Of a stretch of DNA of 21,416 bases, positions 16,014 through 21,416 are shown piece by piece. Where the stretch lies: the IMG/VR virus record IMGVR_UViG_2579778894_000023, positions 1 to 21,416 of that record; one strand, written 5' to 3'. Every line of letters starts with the position of its first letter. The first letter of the stretch is position 1. The position numbers were made by a program, and so were the translations under genes. Origin of the DNA: a virus. Lineage: Duplodnaviria; Heunggongvirae; Uroviricota; Caudoviricetes. The notes beneath the pieces were generated by a model. That model was not told where the DNA came from. It was given only the letters and a program-made list of their open reading frames with translations, and ran no database searches.

Positions 16014-16613
16014 ATGGCGCATATACAACTGGTCAAACAAACCTCTTCAGGATTACTTCTCCCGGCGACGCCGGAGAGTTGCGATTTTTTGCATCAAATA
16101 AAAATAGGTGAGTGGATACACGCAGACTTTAAGCGTGTGCGTAACTACGCATTCCACAAGCGTTTTTTCAAACTCCTGCAACTGGGATTCGATTACTGGA
16201 CTCCGGTCGGTGGGGCGATCACGCCTCGCGAACGAAAACTGGTATCAGGCTTCGTTGATTACCTGTGCGAATCAGTAGGTCGGGAACATACACCAGCTCT
16301 GAGCGAAGCCGCAGAGCAATATCTGAATACAGTTGCAACACGCAGAACCCGGGATACGGCATTGCTAAAGTCGTTTGACGCTTTCCGCGAGTGGGTAACC
16401 ATTCAGGCCGGATTTTACACCGAGCATATTTATCCGGACGGTAGCCACGGGCGTCGGGCGAAATCCATCGCTTTTGCGAATATGGACGAAACCGAGTTTC
16501 AGCAGGTTTATAAAGCCGTACTGAATGTGCTGTGGAACTGGATCCTGTTCCGTAAATTCTCCTCTCCGGAGGAAGTCGAAAATGTGGCCGCGCAGCTGCT
16601 GGAGTTTGCGTAA
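16014..16613 (+). CDS. Nin-region phage protein (possibly DUF1367 family)
   Basis: 199 aa; SD GGAGAA; sits directly upstream of the YbcO-like gene and Q, as in nin regions. Family name is from memory and uncertain. Confidence 0.65.
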   Translation: MAHIQLVKQTSSGLLLPATPESCDFLHQIKIGEWIHADFKRVRNYAFHKRFFKLLQLGFDYWTPVGGAITPRERKLVSGFVDYLCESVGREHTPALSEAAEQYLNTVATRRTRDTALLKSFDAFREWVTIQAGFYTEHIYPDGSHGRRAKSIAFANMDETEFQQVYKAVLNVLWNWILFRKFSSPEEVENVAAQLLEFA

Positions 16614-16903
16614 TGGTGGATTTACGTAAAGCGGCAAAAGGTCAGATGTGTACAGTCAGAATTCCTGGCTACTGCAATCACAATCCCGAAACGTCCGTGC
16701 TGGCGCATTACAGGCTGGCGGGGACGTGTGGAACAGCGACAAAACCACACGATATGCAGGCAGCGATTGCCTGTAGCTCATGCCACGATTTAATCGACGG
16801 GCGGGTAAAAAACAGCGATTACACCAAAGAAGAATTACGCCTGATGCATGCAGAAGGTGTTTTTCGCACACAAGAAATCTGGAGAAAGGAAGGTTATTTA
16901 TGA
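16613..16903 (+). CDS. YbcO-like (DUF1364) Cys-rich putative nuclease
   Basis: 96 aa; DLRKAAKGQMCTVRIPGYCNHNPETSVLAHYRLAGTCG...IACSSCHDLID matches the recalled DLP12 YbcO pattern; ATGA-type overlaps on both sides. Confidence 0.75.
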   Translation: MVDLRKAAKGQMCTVRIPGYCNHNPETSVLAHYRLAGTCGTATKPHDMQAAIACSSCHDLIDGRVKNSDYTKEELRLMHAEGVFRTQEIWRKEGYL

Positions 16904-17454
16904 TTTACCCAACAAATACAGGCAAAAGCGGGGAACACCTTCGTCTCACCACGCTGGAAAGTGTCTGGATTCAGGGAAAACTGCGCATGTGGGGGCGCTG
17001 GTCGTATATTGGCGGCGGTAAGACGGGAAATATGTTTAACCAGTTGCTGGCATCCAAAAAATTGACGAAAACAGCCGTCAATGAAGCCCTGCGCAGGATG
17101 AAAAAAGCGGGAATAGAGAAACCTGAGCTGGAAGCGTTTTTGCGGGATATGATCAACGGCAAGCAAAAAAGCTGGCTGGTGCATTGTACTGATGCAGAGG
17201 CGTTATGCATTGATCGGGTGATTAGTGAAGTGCTGGCAGAACACCCAGGATTGATTTGTATCCTCCGGCAACGATATGAAGGGCGGGGGATGAGTAAGCG
17301 CAAAATGGCTGAATTGCTAAATGATGCACACCCTGAGTGGTGTTTTCGGACGTGCTGCAGTCGGGTAGATGTATGGCTAAATCTTGCTGAATATATGCTC
17401 TATCTGCCGATGCGTGATGCATTCTCTTCCGGGTATTTAAAAACTGTCTGTTGA
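16900..17454 (+). CDS. Late-gene antiterminator Q (Q-like family)
   Basis: 184 aa from ATG 16900 with SD AAGGAAGG; followed by a strong promoter and short-leader terminator (PR'/tR' layout); weak resemblance to recalled Q-family motifs (LES.W...WGRW, C.DAEALCI). Confidence 0.65.
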   Translation: MIYPTNTGKSGEHLRLTTLESVWIQGKLRMWGRWSYIGGGKTGNMFNQLLASKKLTKTAVNEALRRMKKAGIEKPELEAFLRDMINGKQKSWLVHCTDAEALCIDRVISEVLAEHPGLICILRQRYEGRGMSKRKMAELLNDAHPEWCFRTCCSRVDVWLNLAEYMLYLPMRDAFSSGYLKTVC

Positions 17455-17479
17455 CTCAATCTGTTATCCGGGGCTATAT
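17450..17479 (+). promoter_or_regulatory. Late promoter PR'-like
   Basis: TTGACT (17450-55), 18-bp spacer, TATATT (17474-79), overlapping the end of the Q gene. Confidence 0.55.
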
Positions 17480-17540
17480 TCCTCACGCGCCAGCAAAATC
17501 TGGCGTCGGGATTAGGAACCCCGGATAGAGACCGCGACAG

Positions 17541-17566
17541 ACACACGCCGCGAGCGTGTTTTTTAT
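17541..17566 (+). terminator. tR'-like terminator of the short late leader RNA
   Basis: acacgc-cgcga-gcgtgt followed by tttttt, ~80 nt after the predicted PR' start. Confidence 0.65.
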
Positions 17567-17727
17567 TGTCGTATGCACGCGCACATCTGAATTATGGTGG
17601 GGCGTATGGGGGAGCTGAAAAGCTCGCCGGTTGGTTTCCCGGTAGTTCCTAACCCTGTACGTCTCACCACCCGATGATTAGGAACCTGACGGTGGTGATG
17701 GTTTAGAAACCACCAGAGGGCGTCATT

Positions 17728-18309
17728 ATGACAACTCAAATTTCTGTTGAAACTCTCTCCCCGATCACCCATAACCAGATTCCTGTTATTACCACCGAAC
17801 TTTTGGCGCAGTTGTACGGTGCTGAAGTTAAGAACATTCAAAATAACTACGCCAGAAATGCTGAGCGCTTTATTGAAGGAAAGCATTTTTTCAAAGTGGC
17901 TGGCGATGCCCTGATAAATTTGCGGGTAGCTTTAAACTACTCACAAAATTTGCAACCATCTTTAAGAGGGTTACAAATTTCCCCGAAAGCCCGCTCCCTC
18001 ATCCTCTGGACAGAACGCGGAGCAGCCCGTCATGCCAAAATGCTCGAAACCGATCAGGCGTGGGATGTGTTCGAAAAGCTGGAAGACTGCTATTTCAGAC
18101 AAAAGGATCCGTCAGCGCCAGTTTCATGCCAGAAAAGTTACGACACGCGAGTTCTCTGTTATCAGCGAGGCGGTGTCACTGTTTCCACAATTCAGTTGCG
18201 GGATGATGATATTGTTATTTCCCTTGAGTCATGGCTGGAACTGGCGAGAGCCAATGGTTGGTTTGTTGTTCGCAGAGATAAACTGGTGGAAAGGCTGATG
18301 CAGCTTTAA
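17728..18309 (+). CDS. ORF6N-domain DNA-binding protein (moron between Q and lysis genes)
   Basis: 193 aa; ITTELLAQLYGAEVKNIQNNYARNAERFIEGKHFFKV matches the recalled ORF6N pattern (LAELYGV..+.LNQAVKRN..RFPEDFMFQL). Confidence 0.75.
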   Translation: MTTQISVETLSPITHNQIPVITTELLAQLYGAEVKNIQNNYARNAERFIEGKHFFKVAGDALINLRVALNYSQNLQPSLRGLQISPKARSLILWTERGAARHAKMLETDQAWDVFEKLEDCYFRQKDPSAPVSCQKSYDTRVLCYQRGGVTVSTIQLRDDDIVISLESWLELARANGWFVVRRDKLVERLMQL

Positions 18310-18404
18310 AAAACTTCTTGCATTTTTGCACATAAACTGCTTCAATTCCGGTACGCTTCGCAAAGCTGTATCGCGAGGCGAATCAAGCGCATGAACTTTA
18401 CCAG

Positions 18405-18433
18405 AACCCGCCATTGAGCGGGTTTTGTTGTTT
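18405..18433 (+). terminator. Rho-independent terminator after the ORF6N gene
   Basis: aacccgc-cattga-gcgggtt followed by ttgttgttt. Confidence 0.6.
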
Positions 18434-18646
18434 CTGACGGATAGAAAAATGAAATAGCTAAATAAAAAGAATGCATTGGATGCCATATATTGGCAACGTG
18501 ACGACAGCGTTAATCTGGTCGGGCTCCCATGGCGACGTAGTGAGGGAGAGGAAGCGTAAAGCATCACTGAGTTACGGTTGGCACCCGGTTTAACGCGTAA
18601 GTGGCCTGATAAAGAGATAGTGCGCCGCGGCACTCACAGCGGCAAC

Positions 18647-18670
18647 GATTAACTGACCTCGGCATTTGCC
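18647..18670 (+). terminator. Second rho-independent terminator upstream of the holin gene
   Basis: cctcggc-attt-gccgggg (one G-U pair) followed by tttttt. Confidence 0.5.
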
Positions 18671-18804
18671 GGGGTTTTTTATTTAAGGCCGCAGACAGGC
18701 CCATTTAGTGCAACGCCTTTCCCCGTTTCCGCTCCTGGAATATTCGGGGATTTTTTATTCCCTCAATTTGCACCCGCGATATGTGCGAGGTGAGAGATGA
18801 TGAA

Positions 18805-19140
18805 ATGCCTCATAACCCAAATACCTGGCCGGACTGGCTGGAGTTGTTTCAGAGCTGGGGGCGTGGAGACACTCCGCTGGGCGCAGTGATTATGTCGATC
18901 GTTATGGCTGGTTTGCGCATCGCCTATTTTGGCGGTGATGGGGGCTGGAAACGAAAAACGCTTGAGATTTTGCTCTGTGGTGCCCTGACGCTGACCTTTG
19001 CATCCGCGCTTGAGTATGTCGGATGGCCTAAATCACTTTCTGTTGCCATTGGTGGTGGGGTGGGGCTGATTGGTGTTGATGCTATTCGTGGTGCGGCAAT
19101 GAGGGTCATCGGTAACAAGTTCGGTGCCCATAAGGAGTAA
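18805..19140 (+). CDS. Class I holin (lambda S-like, three predicted TM segments)
   Basis: MPHNPNTWPDWLELFQ...VIMSIVMAGLRIAYFGGDGGWKRKTLEILLCGALTLTFASALEYVGW... parallels lambda S topology; in-frame upstream ATG at 18781 would add MCEVRDDE. Confidence 0.8.
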   Translation: MPHNPNTWPDWLELFQSWGRGDTPLGAVIMSIVMAGLRIAYFGGDGGWKRKTLEILLCGALTLTFASALEYVGWPKSLSVAIGGGVGLIGVDAIRGAAMRVIGNKFGAHKE

Positions 19141-19143
19141 TTA

Positions 19144-19620
19144 ATGCAGACACTTAATTCCCAGCGTAGAGCTTTCCTTGATATGGTGGCATGGTCAGAA
19201 GGAACAGATAACGGACGGCAGAAAACCAGAAATCACGGTTATGATGTTATTGTCGGCGGCGAACTGTTCACTGATTACTCCGATCACCCCCGCAAACTTG
19301 TCACGCTAAATCCGAAACTCAAATCAACAGCCGCCGGACGTTACCAGCTTCTTTCACGCTGGTGGGATGCCTACCGCAAGCAACTTGGCCTGAAAGATTT
19401 TTCTCCAGAAAGTCAGGATGCTGTAGCGCTGCAGCAGATTAAAGAGCGTGGCGCTTTACCGATGATTGACCGTGGCGATATTCGTCAGGCAATTGACCGT
19501 TGCAGCAATATCTGGGCGTCGTTACCTGGTGCAGGTTACGGTCAGTATGAACATAGAATCGGTGACCTGATTGCCCGATTTAAAGAAGCGGGTGGGGTGG
19601 TAAATGAAGCTGAGATATAA
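19144..19620 (+). CDS. R: Endolysin, lambda R-type lytic transglycosylase
   Basis: 158 aa, nearly identical to recalled lambda R (NSQRRAFLDMVAWSEGTDNGRQKTRNHGYDVIVGGELFTDYSDHPRKLVTLNPKLKSTAAGRYQLL...). Confidence 0.95.
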   Translation: MQTLNSQRRAFLDMVAWSEGTDNGRQKTRNHGYDVIVGGELFTDYSDHPRKLVTLNPKLKSTAAGRYQLLSRWWDAYRKQLGLKDFSPESQDAVALQQIKERGALPMIDRGDIRQAIDRCSNIWASLPGAGYGQYEHRIGDLIARFKEAGGVVNEAEI

Positions 19621-19996
19621 GCTGGTTATTGTTGCCTTCTTTGTTACCGTCATCGGTTCTTTTATCTGGTCTGCCGGGCATTACTACAGCAAATATCAAC
19701 ACGAAAAGGAGCGCGCTGATGAGGCTGTACGAAATGCTGAATCAGCAACAGCCATTACCCGTAACGTCCTGCAATCACTGCAAATCATCAACACAGTTAT
19801 AGAGGCTAACCAGCATGCAAAACAGCAGATCGCACTGGAGTCACAGAGAACCCAGGAAGATATCAAAGTGGCTGTTGCGGATGATGATTGCGCTGTTCGT
19901 ATCGTTCCTTCTGGCGCAGTTAAGCGGTTGCACGAATACGCGAACGGTATACGTGTCGGTGCCGGTCGTTCCGTTACCATCCAGTCTGACGGATGA
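19604..19996 (+). CDS. i-spanin (Rz-like): N-terminal TM helix plus periplasmic coiled-coil
   Basis: 130 aa; TM segment LVIVAFFVTVIGSFIW; start overlaps the endolysin end; position after R. Confidence 0.75.
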   Translation: MKLRYKLVIVAFFVTVIGSFIWSAGHYYSKYQHEKERADEAVRNAESATAITRNVLQSLQIINTVIEANQHAKQQIALESQRTQEDIKVAVADDDCAVRIVPSGAVKRLHEYANGIRVGAGRSVTIQSDG

Positions 19997-20159
19997 AACA
20001 CCCCGGCCAGATTTACCCGACCCGTTTACGTGGGGAGCCAGCCTTAACCTGAATGTTGCGTTGTTGTCAGCGTTAGCACAGTGCAACAGGGATAAGGCTG
20101 ATATCAGGACTTTTGAGAAAAACAGGGCAGCACAAACCAATGGCACGATTAAACGTTGA
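19815..20159 (+). CDS. o-spanin (Rz1-like lipoprotein), overlapped rather than embedded
   Basis: +1 frame within the Rz-like gene; lipobox LLAQLSG-C; proline-rich mature part (VPVVPLPSSLTDETPRPDLPDP); extends 163 nt past the Rz-like stop; SD AGAGG 9 nt upstream. Confidence 0.6.
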   Translation: MQNSRSHWSHREPRKISKWLLRMMIALFVSFLLAQLSGCTNTRTVYVSVPVVPLPSSLTDETPRPDLPDPFTWGASLNLNVALLSALAQCNRDKADIRTFEKNRAAQTNGTIKR

Positions 20160-20325
20160 AGTTATCCCACCAGACAGCGAAACGATGAACGGGATTTTTG
20201 CAGAGATTGAACGTAAATATGCGCATCAGCCGATGACGCCAAAAGTTATCGATGAAATGCAACGCGAAGCGGCGCGCCTTGTACGGCGAGCGACAAACAC
20301 GAAGGTTACGTTCGTTCGGGACTGA
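20140..20325 (+). CDS. Small hypothetical protein between spanins and terminase
   Basis: 61 aa from ATG 20140 (MARLNVEVIPPDSETMNGIFAEIERKY...); weak SD; overlaps the o-spanin 3' end by 20 nt. Confidence 0.35.
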   Translation: MARLNVEVIPPDSETMNGIFAEIERKYAHQPMTPKVIDEMQREAARLVRRATNTKVTFVRD

Positions 20326-20385
20326 CATTACAGAAGCTCCTTTGATAAGGGGCTTCGATAATGTTAACAACTTGTGGAAACCATC

Positions 20386-21003
20386 ATGGCATCGAAAAAG
20401 CTAACGGCAGAACAGCAGCGCCTTTTCGATGTGCTGACTCCGCTTCAGAAAAGATTCAGCTTAGCCATTATCAAGGGCAAGAATCAGACAGAGGCTTACC
20501 GCAAAGCCGGAGGGAAAGCGAAGGGCGACAACCTCCGCAAAGCTGCGCACGTAATTGCGACAAATTGCGACGTTCAGGCGTTCATTAAGTCTGTTCAGCG
20601 TGAAATCATCGATGAGGCCATCATGACCCGCGAAGAAGCTCTTAAGCGTTTGTCTAAAATAGGCCGTGCTTCAATCGCCGATATCGCCGAGTTTAGTAAT
20701 AGCATCGTGGGGGAGGATGAAGACGGGAATCCTGTCTATCAAGCCGTCTGGAGCTTCAAGGATTCTTCCCTTCAGGATCCTGACGCGATGAGCGCAGTAT
20801 CAGAACTGACCTCAGGGAAAGATGGTATCAAATTGAAGATGCACGACCCGAAAGCAGCAATAAAGCAGTTGGCTGAATTGCAGGGGTGGGAAGCACCTAA
20901 GAAAACCGAACTGACTGGCGCGGAGGGTGGACCGATCAAGACCGAGACAACCAATCTCACCGCAGATCAGGTCGCAGAGATTTACCGCAAAATGATGGGG
21001 TGA
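20386..21003 (+). CDS. Terminase small subunit
   Basis: [67 protein letters not shown] follows the recalled TerS N-terminal pattern (KKLT.KQ..F...Y......A...AGYS...A...); lies directly upstream of TerL. The track start at 20374 is a GTG. Confidence 0.75.
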   Translation: MASKKLTAEQQRLFDVLTPLQKRFSLAIIKGKNQTEAYRKAGGKAKGDNLRKAAHVIATNCDVQAFIKSVQREIIDEAIMTREEALKRLSKIGRASIADIAEFSNSIVGEDEDGNPVYQAVWSFKDSSLQDPDAMSAVSELTSGKDGIKLKMHDPKAAIKQLAELQGWEAPKKTELTGAEGGPIKTETTNLTADQVAEIYRKMMG

Positions 21004-21005
21004 TC

Positions 21006-21416
21006 ATGCCTCTTCCGTTTAAATTCGATTTCAGAAACCCTGATTACCAGATGGTTTTTGAATGGCGGATGGAACGCTTACAGCGCATTCGCCAGAACCC
21101 TGAAATATTGCCCGTATTGAAGCAGTTTTACCGAACCAATCCGGCTCAGTTCATCATCGACTGGGGCATGACAACGGACCCGCGTAATATTGATTATGGC
21201 CTGCCGGTGACCATTCCGTTTTTACTCTTCCCTAAGCAGGAGGAGTGGATCCACTGGATTATGGAACGCTGGGGCAATCGGGAGAATGGTATTACCGAAA
21301 AATCCCGTGAAATGGGGCTCAGTTGGACCGCGATCGGACTGGCCTGCTCGCTTTGTCTCTTCAACAAAGAAATGGTTATCGGTTTCGGCTCCCGTAAAGA
21401 GGAATACGTCGACAGC
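21006..21416 (+). CDS. Terminase large subunit, N-terminal part (ORF runs off the window end)
   Basis: Open frame from ATG 21006 ([61 protein letters not shown]...) with SD GGGGTGA; 3 nt after the TerS stop. Absent from the ORF track because it has no stop in the window. Confidence 0.75.
   Translation, partial: MPLPFKFDFRNPDYQMVFEWRMERLQRIRQNPEILPVLKQFYRTNPAQFIIDWGMTTDPRNIDYGLPVTIPFLLFPKQEEWIHWIMERWGNRENGITEKSREMGLSWTAIGLACSLCLFNKEMVIGFGSRKEEYVDS

Larger units (their letters stand above)
604..21416. mobile_element. Lambdoid (Rac-like) prophage, left end and ~21 kb; continues beyond the window
   Basis: Contiguous phage modules in canonical order: int/xis, recombination, immunity, replication, nin/Q, lysis, terminase. 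Confidence 0.9.

Noticed and set aside
15884-16111. 75-aa plus-strand ORF bridging the moron gene and the nin-region gene
   Set aside because: Overlaps two adjacent better-supported genes in another frame; no SD.
16656-17422. Minus-strand ORFs of 66-110 aa antisense to the YbcO-like and Q genes
   Set aside because: Antisense to genes with strong start context and ATGA coupling; no independent support.
17571-17727. Possible tRNA downstream of Q (tRNAs occupy this slot in some lambdoid phages)
   Set aside because: No cloverleaf could be drawn: no GTTCRANYC T-loop with matching 7-bp acceptor stem; the inverted repeats there fit better with the GATTAGGAACC repeat element.
17563-17886. 107-aa minus-strand ORF across tR' and the ORF6N gene start
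   Set aside because: Would run through the late terminator and promoter-proximal leader on the wrong strand.
18229-18633. 134-aa minus-strand ORF in the Q-to-holin gap
   Set aside because: Runs antisense through a plus-strand intrinsic terminator and the 3' end of the ORF6N gene; no RBS.
19696-20146. Two 101-aa minus-strand ORFs antisense to the spanin genes
   Set aside because: Antisense to the lysis cassette; spanin-region antisense frames are a common artefact.
20361-20588. 75-aa plus-strand ORF overlapping the TerS start in another frame
   Set aside because: Out of frame with the TerS gene, whose translation fits the terminase small-subunit pattern; no SD.
1-21416. CRISPR arrays, IS elements or transposases, rRNA genes
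   Set aside because: No regularly spaced short direct repeats with unique spacers, no terminal inverted repeats flanking a transposase-like ORF, and no rRNA-like conserved segments were seen.

Overview
This window is the left ~21 kb of a lambdoid, Rac-like prophage inserted just downstream of the host gene yebY and the sRNA locus sdsR/ryeB, a known insertion hot spot. Nothing here can be shown from sequence alone to be a new defense system. The best leads for something undescribed are the ORF-free structured segments (PL leader at 7653-8048, Q-to-holin gap at 18310-18780), the orphan plus-strand terminator next to the recE start, and the HNH/DUF551/hok moron block. All family calls come from reading the translations and recalled homologs; no searches were run. 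Layout from left to right: yebY (+) and the SdsR sRNA (+); an attL region; then a minus-strand early-left operon (int, xis, ydaC-like, ralR, RecT-family annealing protein, RecE-like exonuclease VIII, racC, ydaE, kilR, a ~400 bp ORF-free stretch, ydaG). A lambda-like immunity switch follows: a leftward repressor with its own terminator, PL with operators, and a divergent PRM/PR region carrying CAC-N5-GTG palindromes. Rightward genes are ydaS (Cro-like), ydaT, the replication initiator ydaU with an embedded GTAACGC palindrome array (candidate origin), a DnaC-like loader, a tandem winged-helix protein, a packed moron block (ead/Ea22-like paralogs, small acidic and membrane proteins, HNH endonuclease, DUF551 protein), a hok/sok-type toxin module, an AT-rich moron, nin-region genes, Q antiterminator with PR'/tR', an ORF6N-domain moron, the lysis cassette (holin, lambda-R-like endolysin, overlapped spanins) and the start of packaging (TerS, partial TerL). 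No rRNA, tRNA, CRISPR array or IS element was recognised.
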